From positions 992,001 to 1,056,000 of the forward strand of contig CAXXUO010000001.1 in the NCBI GenBank assembly GCA_963666485.2: DNA of 64,000 nucleotides, in the 5' to 3' direction. Source of the stretch: Syntrophorhabdaceae bacterium (GTDB lineage Bacteria > Desulfobacterota > Syntrophorhabdia > Syntrophorhabdales > Syntrophorhabdaceae). Shown one piece after another: positions 18,963 to 28,831 of the stretch (within the stretch, counting starts at the first letter, position 1; each line of letters opens with the position of its first letter). Below the pieces are notes generated by a model. The model was given only the letters and a program-made list of their open reading frames with translations, searched no databases and was not told where the DNA came from. Made by a program: the position numbers and the translations under genes.

Positions 18963-20111
18963 ATGGAAATATCTAAACGCGCGGACCGGATACCCCCATT
19001 TTACGTGATGGAGCTCCTCGAAAAAGCCTCCATGATGGAGCTTCAGGGCCACAGGATAGTTCATATGGAGGTCGGCGAGCCCGGCTTTGAGACCCCCGGC
19101 CCCATAAAGGCAGCGGCAATAGAGGCCCTGAGCGAAGGCAAAACATTCTACACGCACAGCCTCGGTATTCCCGAGCTGCGGCAGGCAATTTCCGACAGCT
19201 ACGCCGCCTCCTGCCAGGCCGTTATCCCGCCTGACCGCGTCATAATCACAAACGGCTCTTCCGGTGCGTTTACCCTTCTCTTTACGGCACTTTTGGAACC
19301 CGGGCGGACCCTTGCCCTTGCTGACCCCGGCTATCCATGCTACAGGAACATTGCCTCGCTGACGGACTGTACGATAGAACCCGTCCCCGTCTCGGCCGAT
19401 AAGAATTACGAGATACCGCCCGATCATTTCGATGCGGCCGCACCTCCTGATGTCCTTATCATCGCCAACCCGTCCAATCCAACCGGGGCCGTCTACCGGC
19501 CCGAAAGCATCGCTTCCCTTCACGCCCGGCTTGCCCCTGCCGGCGGCGCACTTATCGTCGATGAGATCTACTCCGGCCTTACCTATGACGTTCAATTTGC
19601 CTCCAGCGCCTGTATCGCTGACGATATCATAATCGTAAGCGGTTTCTCCAAGGCCTACGCCATGACGGGCTGGCGCCTCGGCTGGATGATCGTTCCCGCG
19701 GACCTTGTGCGCCCCGTCCAGAAGCTCGCGCAGAACCTCTTCATAGCCCCGCCCTCCGTCTCCCAGTGGGCCGCCCTCAAGGCCTTCGATGACACCGCCG
19801 AGCTCGCACGCATGCGGTCGCTGTACAAGCAAAGACGGGACTTTCTTGTCCCCCGCCTGAGAGACCTTGGCTTCACCATCCCCCGCGTTCCCGACGGCGC
19901 GTTTTACATCTATGCGGGGATCGAAAACTTCGGGATGGACAGCATGATCTTTGTTGAGAGGGCGCTTGCCGAAGCGAAGGTGGCCATAACTCCCGGCTAC
20001 GATTTTGGTGCGCACGGGGCATCCTCGCACGTGCGCTTCTCCTATGCCAACACCCTCGAGAACCTGAAAGACGGCTGTGACATGCTCGAGGCCTGGCTCA
20101 AGAAAGCCTGA
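18963..20111 (+). CDS. PLP-dependent class I/II aminotransferase
   Basis: VGEPGF, NPSNPTG, DEIY, SGFSKAYAMTGWRLG. Confidence 0.93.
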   Translation: MEISKRADRIPPFYVMELLEKASMMELQGHRIVHMEVGEPGFETPGPIKAAAIEALSEGKTFYTHSLGIPELRQAISDSYAASCQAVIPPDRVIITNGSSGAFTLLFTALLEPGRTLALADPGYPCYRNIASLTDCTIEPVPVSADKNYEIPPDHFDAAAPPDVLIIANPSNPTGAVYRPESIASLHARLAPAGGALIVDEIYSGLTYDVQFASSACIADDIIIVSGFSKAYAMTGWRLGWMIVPADLVRPVQKLAQNLFIAPPSVSQWAALKAFDDTAELARMRSLYKQRRDFLVPRLRDLGFTIPRVPDGAFYIYAGIENFGMDSMIFVERALAEAKVAITPGYDFGAHGASSHVRFSYANTLENLKDGCDMLEAWLKKA

Positions 20112-20178
20112 CCATTTTCTGCGTGCTCCTGTAATGTTTTTTTCATTTTGTCCGATTATTAATCTTAAGGAGGTCTTT

Positions 20179-20475
20179 GTGCCCAGACTGAGCCCCTCCG
20201 GACTCGAGCCCGGAATGATAACGGCCAGATCGGTCGTAAATGCTAACGGCATGGTCCTGCTCGGGGAGAACACGGAGCTGACCGCCGAATTGATCGACAG
20301 GATAAAGAACATGGACGTCGATGCGGTCTATGTTCAGGGAAGCACCAAGCCGCAAAGGCCCCGGGAGGAGCTGATCGCCGAGATCGAGGACCGTTTTCAA
20401 CGCGCCGGCGATAGCCCGAACATGGACACCATCAGAAAAGCCCTGATACGGCATATCGAGACCCTCTATGCTTAA
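20179..20475 (+). CDS. Small protein resembling the N-terminal domain of HD-GYP proteins
   Basis: AAGGAGG plus GTG at 20179; LEPGMITARSVVNANGMVLL..L..I..I...V.V pattern; overlaps the HDOD gene start. Confidence 0.65.
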   Translation: MPRLSPSGLEPGMITARSVVNANGMVLLGENTELTAELIDRIKNMDVDAVYVQGSTKPQRPREELIAEIEDRFQRAGDSPNMDTIRKALIRHIETLYA

Positions 20476-21304
20476 CATGGACGTAAGGCAGGTCCGGGAA
20501 AAGATCGAGAATGTGACGGCACTTCCCACGATCCCGAAAGTGCTCAACAGGCTGCTTGCCGTGATCGAGAACCCGAAGGTATCGCTCAACGAGATAAGCA
20601 ATTTCATTGCGGGCGACCCGGCGCTCACGACCAAGGTCCTGCGCATGGTCAATTCGCCGGTGTATGGTTTTCCCGGGCGCATCTCGTCGGTGAACCAGGC
20701 CGTGATACTCCTCGGCCTCACCGTTGTCAAAGGACTCCTTCTCGGCGTATCCGTTTTTGACCTCATGCAAAAGACCATGATAGGGCTCTGGGAGCACTCG
20801 ATCGGGTGCGCTATCTTTTCCCGGATAATAGCCGTAAAAAAGGGACATAAAGAACCTGACGAGCTCTCCGTCGACGGCCTGCTTCACGATATAGGCAAGG
20901 TTTTCCTCGTCCTGCAGTTCCCCGATGAATACCAGAAGGCCCTCGCCGAATCGAAGCGGGACAATCTTACCATCTATGTCTCGGAAAAGAACCACTTCAA
21001 CACAACGCATTCGAGCGTCGGGAGCTGGATGGCCCGCAAGTGGCGCTTCCCGCCCTCCCTTATCGATGTGATCGAGTATCACCACAAGCCCCGGCTCACG
21101 AAAAACACGCCGCTGGAATCCTCCATCGTTCACCTGGCGGACATTATGGTCCGGGCCCGGGGATATGGCTTCCCCGGGGACAACTCTCTCGTGCCGGTAG
21201 AAGAGGCCGCCTTTGATCTTCTGTCCTTAGGCGAGACGGACCTCGCCGAAATATTCCAGGAAGCTGAAGAGTCCCTGAACATGACGGAAGACCTTGAGTT
21301 ATGA
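20468..21304 (+). CDS. HDOD domain protein
   Basis: LPTIP, DPALTTKVLRMVNSP, AVILLG, WEHS, GLLHDIGK, W.FP, YHH. Confidence 0.92.
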   Translation: MLNMDVRQVREKIENVTALPTIPKVLNRLLAVIENPKVSLNEISNFIAGDPALTTKVLRMVNSPVYGFPGRISSVNQAVILLGLTVVKGLLLGVSVFDLMQKTMIGLWEHSIGCAIFSRIIAVKKGHKEPDELSVDGLLHDIGKVFLVLQFPDEYQKALAESKRDNLTIYVSEKNHFNTTHSSVGSWMARKWRFPPSLIDVIEYHHKPRLTKNTPLESSIVHLADIMVRARGYGFPGDNSLVPVEEAAFDLLSLGETDLAEIFQEAEESLNMTEDLEL

Positions 21305-22230
21305 GCACCGGCAAGACGATTGTCATAATATCGCAGGACGTTGTCCTTTCCGAGATATTGGACCAGCTGCTGGCGCGCACGTATGGTGTCTTCATTTTCC
21401 GCAGTATCCGGTCGGCGATAGATTACATTTACAATTCCCCGCCAAACCTGATCATCCTCGATACGCCGGAAAATGATGCGTATTCCCTCGAGATCCTGAA
21501 TAATCTCAAGACCGACCCTATCTTTTACCAGCTTCCCATTCTCCTTGTCGTCGACACCAGCGCCGGTGTTCCGGTCTCGGGCACGTTCTTTGTCGATGAT
21601 TACCTGAAAAGGGGCGATATCGAGACTGACGGTGCGGCCCGGATCTCCCTTGCCATACTGAGGTCCGAGAGGATCGTCGACGTCAATCCGTTAACGAAGC
21701 TTCCCGGCAACATATCGATCAGCCGGCACATCCAGGCCCAGATCGAGTCCGGCGAGATCTTCGCGCTGGCGTATGCCGATCTCGATCATTTCAAGCCTTT
21801 CAATGACCATTACGGCTTCACCCGGGGGGACGAGATCATCCGGATAACGGGCAGGCTCATTCTCAATATAGTGAAGAGCAAGGAGCCGCAGACATGCTTC
21901 GTCGGCCATATCGGCGGGGATGATTTCGTATTCATAACCTCCGTCGATGCCGTGGAGCAGACATCCTCCGACATCATACAGGCGTTCGACAAGATCATAC
22001 CGACCCTCTATGACCGGACCGACCGCGACGCCGGTTATATCGAGACCTTAGATCGCCAGGGAAATACGCGAAAATTCCCGATCACCGCACTTTCCATAGG
22101 CATAGCGACGAACAGGAGCAGGCCCTTTACCCACTTCGGCCAGATGACGGAGGTGGCCTCCGAGATGAAAAAACAGGCGAAACAGTCCTGGGGAAGCTGC
22201 TATCTGTGCGACAGGCGCACGGCTTCCTGA
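21301..22230 (+). CDS. Degenerate receiver plus GGDEF diguanylate cyclase
   Basis: NPLTKLPGN, DLDHFKPFNDHYGFTRGD, HIGGDDF. Confidence 0.88.
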   Translation: MSTGKTIVIISQDVVLSEILDQLLARTYGVFIFRSIRSAIDYIYNSPPNLIILDTPENDAYSLEILNNLKTDPIFYQLPILLVVDTSAGVPVSGTFFVDDYLKRGDIETDGAARISLAILRSERIVDVNPLTKLPGNISISRHIQAQIESGEIFALAYADLDHFKPFNDHYGFTRGDEIIRITGRLILNIVKSKEPQTCFVGHIGGDDFVFITSVDAVEQTSSDIIQAFDKIIPTLYDRTDRDAGYIETLDRQGNTRKFPITALSIGIATNRSRPFTHFGQMTEVASEMKKQAKQSWGSCYLCDRRTAS

Positions 22231-22332
22231 AGGCCGCGCACCGGTGCAAGGCGCTTTCAGCGGCTATTTTTTCGTTGCCGAAAGGCCGAATCTCACGTAA
22301 AACTTAAATAAGCTTTATAAAAGGGATGGAAA

Positions 22333-23364
22333 ATGACCACGGGAATTGTAAAAGACCCCGTCTATCTCGAGCACATCTGCGGGGAATATCACCCCGAGAG
22401 CCCCGCACGGCTCAGCCACATATACGCGATGCTGCCGTCCGTTGATACGGACGGTATCGTGTACATCAAGCCGCGGCCGGCGAGCCACGAAGAATTATCG
22501 CGCATCCACGACCCCTCGTACATCGAGAGGATCGCAGGGACCCGCGGGAAATTCGTTTCCCTCGACCCCGACACCGGAGCATGTCCCCGGACATATGATG
22601 CCGCCCGCTTCGCGGCCGGGGGGTGCTTAAGCCTCGCCGATTCCCTCATGTCGCGGGAGGTGACGAACGGATTCGCCCTTGTACGGCCGCCGGGCCACCA
22701 CGCCGAGAAGGCCCGGTCCATGGGTTTCTGCATATTCAACAACATAGCGGTCGCCGCCCGTTACCTTCAGGCCCGGTGGGGCCTTGAGAGAATCTTGATA
22801 GCCGATTTCGACCTCCACCACGGGAACGGCACGCAGAGAAGCTTTTATTCCGACGCCTCCGTCCTCTATTTTTCAACGCACCAGTTCCCGTACTATCCCG
22901 GGACGGGCTGGTATGAAGAGACGGGCGAAGGCGAGGGCAAGGGGTATACGATCAATGTTCCGATGGACTACGGGATGAACGACGACGATTACGTCTTCGC
23001 GTTTCAGGAGATCCTGGTGCCGATAGCCCGCCTTTACAGCCCGGACATAATACTCGTATCGGCAGGATTCGACATATATTGCGATGACCCCCTCGGCGGC
23101 ATGTCCGTCACGGAAGCAGGCTTTTCGGAAATTACCCGGATCATCCTGGATGCCGCGGCACACTGCTGCGATTCCCGGGCCCTGTTCGCGCTCGAGGGCG
23201 GCTACGACCCCCCCGGTCTTGCCCGCAGCGTCATGGCGGTCGTCACCATGATGAAGGGTTCGCCCGCGTTCATGTATGAGAAAAGGCGCGAGCCGTGCCG
23301 CGCCATGGTGAGCCGTGTAAAAGATGTCAAGAAAGAGTTAAGCCCGTACTGGGGTGTCTTCTAG
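22333..23364 (+). CDS. Histone deacetylase family amidohydrolase
   Basis: HPESPAR, RPPGHHA, GFCIFNN, DLHHGNGTQ, SAGFD, LEGGY. Confidence 0.94.
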   Translation: MTTGIVKDPVYLEHICGEYHPESPARLSHIYAMLPSVDTDGIVYIKPRPASHEELSRIHDPSYIERIAGTRGKFVSLDPDTGACPRTYDAARFAAGGCLSLADSLMSREVTNGFALVRPPGHHAEKARSMGFCIFNNIAVAARYLQARWGLERILIADFDLHHGNGTQRSFYSDASVLYFSTHQFPYYPGTGWYEETGEGEGKGYTINVPMDYGMNDDDYVFAFQEILVPIARLYSPDIILVSAGFDIYCDDPLGGMSVTEAGFSEITRIILDAAAHCCDSRALFALEGGYDPPGLARSVMAVVTMMKGSPAFMYEKRREPCRAMVSRVKDVKKELSPYWGVF

Positions 23365-23645
23365 ACGTCGTCCTTCCACACCATTTCTTTCAATTCTTTT
23401 CCGACCTTGAAATAGGGGAGCCGTTTGGGTTCGACCTGTACCGTTTCGCCGCTCTTCGGGTTGCGGCCTCTGTAGGCCTTGTATTCCCTCAAGGTAAAGC
23501 TCCCGAATCCGCGGATCTCGACACGTTCGTTGTTTATGATGGCCTTCTTTATGCTGTCGATTATGGTATCGACGGCTATCTTCGCTATCTTCTGGTTCAC
23601 GTTTATATCTGTCGCAAGCTTATTGATTATGTCCATTTTATTCAT
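23361..23645 (-). CDS. ihfB: HU/IHF family DNA-binding protein (IHF beta-like)
   Basis: RVEIRGFGSF, GRNPKSGE, PYFKVGKEL. Confidence 0.8.
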   Translation of the reverse strand: MNKMDIINKLATDINVNQKIAKIAVDTIIDSIKKAIINNERVEIRGFGSFTLREYKAYRGRNPKSGETVQVEPKRLPYFKVGKELKEMVWKDDV

Positions 23646-23660
23646 TCGAGGCCCCTCCCG

Positions 23661-24479
23661 TTAACTTTCTAAAATATATTTACAGGCATTCTTGAATATC
23701 TTCAGCCCGTCTGACTCTTCGTCAACCTTTTCCCGCGTCCACCGGGGATGCTGGACACGGCGGACATACGCCTCCGGGTGCGGCATCAGACCGAAGATCC
23801 TCCCTGTATCATCACACAGGGCCGCTATCGAATCAACGGACCCGTTCGGGTTATCCGGGTATGCCGCCGTTACAGCCCCCGCGCTATCGGCGTATTGCAG
23901 GACTATGTTGCCCTTTGCCCTCATCGATGAAAGGGTTTCTGTTGCATCGACAACGCACTTACCCTCACCATGCCGGACAGGAAGATAAATTTTATCCATA
24001 TCATACGTAAATATGCAATGAGAAAATGGATTTGCCTTAAGGTACGTCCAGCGGTCCTCGAACCGCCCCGAGTCGTTCGCGGTAAGTGTGGCTGTCTGCA
24101 GCCCGTAGTTTTTCCCGATCGCCGGCAGGAGCCCCGTCTTGATCAAAAGCTGGAAGCCGTTGCAGATGCCGATGATGATCTTTCCGTCGTCGATGAACTT
24201 CACGAGCTCGTCTATGAGACGCCTGTCCGTCCCGGCCACCTTCTGGTGCCTCCATTTGACGCTCTGCGCCTTCGCGGAACCCAGGTCGTCACCGTCGAGG
24301 AACCCGCCCGGGAAGTTTATGAAGCTGTAGGCGTGGATCCTCTGCGGGTCCCCGGCGAACTCGTTTATGTGGATCAGGTCCGGCTCAAAACCGGCGAGCC
24401 TGTTCGCGTATGCCGTTTCGTGCTCGCAGTTTATTCCGTTACCGAAAAATACGAGGCTTTTAGGTCTTTTTCGTGTCAT
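23661..24479 (-). CDS. purQ: FGAM synthase glutaminase subunit
   Basis: GINCE, PGGFLDGD, GICNGFQ, HGEG, NPNGS, MPHPE; start at ATG 24479 overlaps the ccsA stop (ATGA). Confidence 0.93.
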   Translation of the reverse strand: MTRKRPKSLVFFGNGINCEHETAYANRLAGFEPDLIHINEFAGDPQRIHAYSFINFPGGFLDGDDLGSAKAQSVKWRHQKVAGTDRRLIDELVKFIDDGKIIIGICNGFQLLIKTGLLPAIGKNYGLQTATLTANDSGRFEDRWTYLKANPFSHCIFTYDMDKIYLPVRHGEGKCVVDATETLSSMRAKGNIVLQYADSAGAVTAAYPDNPNGSVDSIAALCDDTGRIFGLMPHPEAYVRRVQHPRWTREKVDEESDGLKIFKNACKYILES

Positions 24480-25291
24480 GTCGCGTAACTGTGCAGTCCT
24501 GCCAGAAAGAAATTGACCCCGAAGTAGGTCATGATAACGCTCGCGAACCCTACGATCGACAATATCGCGATCCGCCTGCCCTTCAAGCCCCCCGCAAACC
24601 GCAGGTGAAGAACAAGGGCGTAAATGATCCACGTTATAAGCGACCAGGTTTCCTTCGGGTCCCAGCTCCAGTATGATCCCCATGCAAAATGGGCCCATAC
24701 GGCTCCGGTAAGTATACCAGATGTCAGCATGGAAAAGCCAATAATAATGCTCCTGTAATTGACGTCCTCGAGGCTCTCGCGGGCCGGCACGATTCTGCCG
24801 GGGCCGAAGAAATAGAGTGCGCCGCATATAAAGGAAACCGCAAACGCGGCATATCCGAGGAAGCATGTTATGACATGAATGTGGAGCCAGTTGCTCTGCA
24901 GTGCAGGTATCAGGGGCTGGATCCCTCTTTCCACGCCCGGCGCCAGCGACGCGTATGCCATGAGCAAAAGCGAGATCACCCCGGATATGCATGTGATCAC
25001 GGGATAGAGCCGTCTTTTGCGCATGCCAATGACAAAAACGGATATGCACCAGGAGAAAAATATGAGGGACTCATAATAATTCGAGAGCGGGACGTGGCCT
25101 ATCCCGAGCCGGTAGGAGAGTGCCCACCGCACCAGGATCCCTGCCGTTTGAATGATGACGGCAGCGTAGAGGACATACTGGACGGCCTCAAGCAGGGCTT
25201 TTTTCTTCCACACGAAATAGAGGATGTGGACAAAGAAGAGCCCGAGATACAAGATCGTCGCCAATCCGAGCAGGGTATGATCGGTGATCAT
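24476..25291 (-). CDS. ccsA: System II cytochrome c biogenesis protein CcsA/ResC
   Basis: GHVPLSNYYE, WAHFAWGSYWSWDPKETW (WWD domain), GLHSY. Confidence 0.93.
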   Translation of the reverse strand: MITDHTLLGLATILYLGLFFVHILYFVWKKKALLEAVQYVLYAAVIIQTAGILVRWALSYRLGIGHVPLSNYYESLIFFSWCISVFVIGMRKRRLYPVITCISGVISLLLMAYASLAPGVERGIQPLIPALQSNWLHIHVITCFLGYAAFAVSFICGALYFFGPGRIVPARESLEDVNYRSIIIGFSMLTSGILTGAVWAHFAWGSYWSWDPKETWSLITWIIYALVLHLRFAGGLKGRRIAILSIVGFASVIMTYFGVNFFLAGLHSYAT

Positions 25292-26583
25292 GCCGGGCCT
25301 CCCTTAAGTTTTTCAATTTCCGCCTTGAAACTCTCCCTGTTCCGCGAGGCCGCTCCGGCCACGATCAGCCCATCCGGGCCATCGGCCACATATATCCTTC
25401 GATGCGAGGTGAAAAAATTGATATAAAGCCCGACGAGCATCAGCATGAAGCCGCACAGTACGACCGGCACCCCCGGGTCGCGTGCGACCTCGAGCCCCGT
25501 GTAATACTGTCCGCTCATTTTCTCGAGAGATATGCGCGAGCCCTTCACCATGTGCGATCTCATTTTTTCGACATTGCTCAGGAACCACAGGGTCTTCGGT
25601 TCATCCGAATCCATGTATGCCACCATCACCCCGGGCCCGAAATTGTGGACATCCTCCGCATACCTGACGACCATGAACGGCACTTTTGCATCCCGGGCCA
25701 CCTCGCCGTCCCCGAGCTTGAAGGTCTTCCCGTCCTGTGTGAACGTATAGGTGTTCGACCGGCCGTAGCTTGACTGGTAAAAATATATGCCCTTATAGGA
25801 GAGCGGCTCGTTCACCCGTATCCGGCCCCGCTTGACGATATCTCCTTTATTGTCCAGTATCTCGACATCGCTTGCGTATTCCTTTGGCTGGCCGGACGGG
25901 TAAAGGCTCATCCTGAAGTCGGTGCACCTTACGGTAAAACCGAGCACTACCGCGGATTGACCCGGCTTCCGGGACACGGCCGCCTGCGCCTCGTCCCCGG
26001 GCTTGAGCGCAATATACGCCTTAAATCCCGAGATGTTCCCGATAAGCCCCCCTGCGAGTATCAAAAGAACGCTCGTGTGGATGACGACAACCCCCAGGCG
26101 GGAGATCCGCCCCTTCTCGAAAAGATCGGTCCCTTCCGATACCTGCACCCTCCTGTACGAGGAGGGTATCCTGCGGACGACCTCTTCCTTGCTGCCGGGG
26201 GCCGCAATGAAACCGAAACCCGATGAGACAAGCCCCTTAAGGTCATAGGATTGCCTGCGGGCCGGGGCCACCGATCTTTTCAGCCTTTGAATGGTGCACA
26301 GGAAAAGGTTCAGCGCAAATACGCCGAGGAGAAGATAGAACCACGGGGAGTGATACGCATCGTCCAGACCGAAAAGCTTGATGAAGTGGTACGTTCTCTC
26401 CGAGTAATGCGAAAGGTATTCCTCTTCGGAAGCCCCTTGCTGCACGAGGCTTCCCGCGATCGATGTCGCCGCTATGAGGGCAAGGACGATGATCGCGAGG
26501 CGAACGGAAACAAGAAAACGGAAGACGCGGGAGATCGCGGGGGTCGGCCGCCCGTCCGCTTTACTGTTTTTTGTGGCACTCAT
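25288..26583 (-). CDS. resB: System II cytochrome c biogenesis protein ResB/Ccs1
   Basis: YHSPWF, NL.LCT, IHTS, VNEPLSYKG..FYQSSY, GLEVARDPG. Confidence 0.9.
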   Translation of the reverse strand: MSATKNSKADGRPTPAISRVFRFLVSVRLAIIVLALIAATSIAGSLVQQGASEEEYLSHYSERTYHFIKLFGLDDAYHSPWFYLLLGVFALNLFLCTIQRLKRSVAPARRQSYDLKGLVSSGFGFIAAPGSKEEVVRRIPSSYRRVQVSEGTDLFEKGRISRLGVVVIHTSVLLILAGGLIGNISGFKAYIALKPGDEAQAAVSRKPGQSAVVLGFTVRCTDFRMSLYPSGQPKEYASDVEILDNKGDIVKRGRIRVNEPLSYKGIYFYQSSYGRSNTYTFTQDGKTFKLGDGEVARDAKVPFMVVRYAEDVHNFGPGVMVAYMDSDEPKTLWFLSNVEKMRSHMVKGSRISLEKMSGQYYTGLEVARDPGVPVVLCGFMLMLVGLYINFFTSHRRIYVADGPDGLIVAGAASRNRESFKAEIEKLKGGPA

Positions 26584-26944
26584 TGCACTTCGTGGGCGCG
26601 TTCACGTTCTTCGCAAGGGATTCCTTGTGACATTCAATGCAATTCTTGTGATAGGCATCCTTTATCGGGGGCGCCCCGTTCTTGACGTCAGTGCGGTCGT
26701 GGCAGGGCATGCACGAGCCGGGTTGTTTCGGGTCTTTGTCTTTGTGATGACAAACGGCGCAGTCTACTTTGGTTTTTTCCGTATGGACGGAATGCGAAAA
26801 TGTCACCGGCGGGAATTTCCCGCCCTCGAGCTTCAGCACCAGGGGTTCAGGCGGCTTTTTTTGGGCATATACGAGCTGAAACAGGACGGCGGCGAAGAGA
26901 ACGATAAGCGCCGTGACGACTGCGATCTTGAATGTCTTGTTCAT
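26561..26944 (-). CDS. Tetraheme class III cytochrome c (cytochrome c3-like), exported
   Basis: Signal peptide, FSHSVH, and four CxxCH motifs: CAVCH, CMPCH, CIECH, CNECH. Confidence 0.9.
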   Translation of the reverse strand: MNKTFKIAVVTALIVLFAAVLFQLVYAQKKPPEPLVLKLEGGKFPPVTFSHSVHTEKTKVDCAVCHHKDKDPKQPGSCMPCHDRTDVKNGAPPIKDAYHKNCIECHKESLAKNVNAPTKCNECHKKQ

Positions 26945-27027
26945 TCCTCATCCTCCCATGTGCCTTGCTCATAAAATGGTATCCCATGAGCGATCGCCAA
27001 GTCAAGGCGCGCATCCCCTCACGCGGC

Positions 27028-28038
27028 CTACAGATTGCCTTTTCGGTATCCGACGGCCGTATGGTATGCCGCCCTGTCAAAAAAATAGACCAGGCGCTCC
27101 CCCAGTTCGAACATGCGGTATATGTCAACCGCCTTTTCCCAGACACCAAAAGAATACGTGAACATCCACACGTGTTTCTTGAGAAGGGACAGCGAGCTGA
27201 TCGCCTCCTCCAGGGGAACGTCGCCCTCTTTGCGGTCTCGCCCGAGGCTCCGGTAAAATGCCGTAAATTCGCTTTCGCTCTTTTCTTTTCTCAGCCAGGC
27301 GCCGAATTGCCCCATGATGACCATCGCCCGCTCACGCAGGTCGTTTCTGCTCACTGACCTGTACGAGCGTGTGGACGGGTTTGTCGTTATGTCGTCGAGC
27401 CAGAGCTCTACGATCTTCGCCGAGTTGTCCTCCACCGCCTGGGCAAGCTGGTCGGACAGGAGGACCACCGGGTAGCCTATTTTGTCCTTGACCGTGCTTT
27501 CGACGAAGGTCTCGAAGGAATCGTGTATGCTCCAGAGCTCTTTTTTGAGCTCTACGAACCTGGCGATCGCCTTTTCCTGGGAATCGAACGCAAGTTTCGG
27601 AAGGTTCATGACCGGGAAGTACCGGGCATCCCAGGCGTCATCCCCCGCCCTCTCGACGCCTCCCGTTTTTTCAACTTCGAATGTAACGATGAGCAGCTCC
27701 CCGTACATCGGGTTGATGTGCGACCCGACGTCGAGAAGCTGGACTATCTTCCCGTCAACCCCCGCTTCCTCCTTGAGCTCCCGCAATGCGGCATCCTCGA
27801 TGCTCTCGCCGGTCTCCGCAAAACCGATCGGGCAGCACCACATGTCCTTGAACGGCTCTTTGGCCCGGCGCACGAGGAGGATCTCGCGCTTCTGGTTGGC
27901 GAGGACGACGGAGGCTACCGGCAGGGGGTTCTCATAATATATCGTGCTGCATGCCGTACAGACCTGCCGGTGCTTTCCCTCGAGAAAGTCGGTGCTGAGA
28001 GGTTCCCCGCAATGGTTGCAGTACACTTTTATCTTCAT
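27028..28038 (-). CDS. Zinc-ribbon Nudix hydrolase fused to a C-terminal helical (RsbRD-N-like) domain
   Basis: CNHC/CTAC, Nudix box GFAETGESIEDAALRELKEEAG, and an extra helical C-terminus of about 160 aa. Confidence 0.82.
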   Translation of the reverse strand: MKIKVYCNHCGEPLSTDFLEGKHRQVCTACSTIYYENPLPVASVVLANQKREILLVRRAKEPFKDMWCCPIGFAETGESIEDAALRELKEEAGVDGKIVQLLDVGSHINPMYGELLIVTFEVEKTGGVERAGDDAWDARYFPVMNLPKLAFDSQEKAIARFVELKKELWSIHDSFETFVESTVKDKIGYPVVLLSDQLAQAVEDNSAKIVELWLDDITTNPSTRSYRSVSRNDLRERAMVIMGQFGAWLRKEKSESEFTAFYRSLGRDRKEGDVPLEEAISSLSLLKKHVWMFTYSFGVWEKAVDIYRMFELGERLVYFFDRAAYHTAVGYRKGNL

Positions 28039-28817
28039 GTTCGCGCCAGGAATATCCGGTCGTTCTTGTTGAACTTAAGCTCCCCTTTTCTGCCGAGTTC
28101 CGCGATCATCTTCTCCCGCACGATCCGGGGATCGACGTCTTTCTCGATGAATTCCTTTTTGAAGTCGATGTACTTTGCCAGCGAACCCTCGTCCCCCCGA
28201 TGAAAGATGAGTGCGTTCGGGTAGTCGATATGCCGGACGTCCCTGAAATAGGGGCGCAGGATGTCGTACCCGTTCTCCGCGGAAAAATGTTCTATCACTT
28301 TCCTTAAGTTCCTGAAATCAAAGTAATGCTGCCCCTCCTCGAGCATCGAGGCGCTGTGCGTGAGGGCGAGGAAAAGCCCGCCGGGCCGCAAGAGGCGCGC
28401 TATCTCCGGAAGAAGGCCCGGGAAGAAATACAGCGAGTAGAGGGAAACGACCAGGTCGAACCGCGCAGCGGAAAGCCCGGTCGGAGCGGGAAGCATCATC
28501 TTGAAGAAAAACACCTCGCCGGCCTTTGGCCTCGCCGCCCTGAGGAACGGGCCTTCGTTCTCCCCGAGGCAATCTATGCCGCCTATCGTGTCGAGGCCCG
28601 CCGGCATCACCTCCTCGAACCACCCGTACCCGCAGCCGAGGTCGAGGACGTCCTTTATCCCCTCGCCCCAGGGGATGGCGTCCCGCACGACCTGCCTGAT
28701 ATCCTCCTTGTTCTCGGAATGGTGCTGGATTATGGCGCCCACCTCGGTGTGGACCTTGAGATCGGAATAGCTTCGTATGATCTCCCCGTTGCAGGTCCCT
28801 GCGTGTGCCTGTTCCAT
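28035..28817 (-). CDS. Class I SAM-dependent methyltransferase
   Basis: VLDLGCGYG, FDLVVS, LLRPGG. Confidence 0.85.
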   Translation of the reverse strand: MEQAHAGTCNGEIIRSYSDLKVHTEVGAIIQHHSENKEDIRQVVRDAIPWGEGIKDVLDLGCGYGWFEEVMPAGLDTIGGIDCLGENEGPFLRAARPKAGEVFFFKMMLPAPTGLSAARFDLVVSLYSLYFFPGLLPEIARLLRPGGLFLALTHSASMLEEGQHYFDFRNLRKVIEHFSAENGYDILRPYFRDVRHIDYPNALIFHRGDEGSLAKYIDFKKEFIEKDVDPRIVREKMIAELGRKGELKFNKNDRIFLART

Positions 28818-28831
28818 CGAATACAACCCCC

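Noticed and set aside
18903..20312. Long antisense ORFs (also 38624-39556, 41963-42892, 42940-43914, 55292-56707)
   Set aside because: They are shadows of well-supported genes in GC-rich coding DNA and carry no motifs.
21301..22230. Hypr-GGDEF (3',3'-cGAMP synthase, GacA-like) suggested by the receiver + GGDDF layout
   Set aside because: The specificity position keeps Asp (TRGDEII) rather than the Ser/Thr of Hypr enzymes, so c-di-GMP is predicted; an alignment should confirm this.
23661..25049. 462-aa extended PurQ as a fusion protein
   Set aside because: The extension overlaps ccsA in another frame; the real start is ATG 24479.
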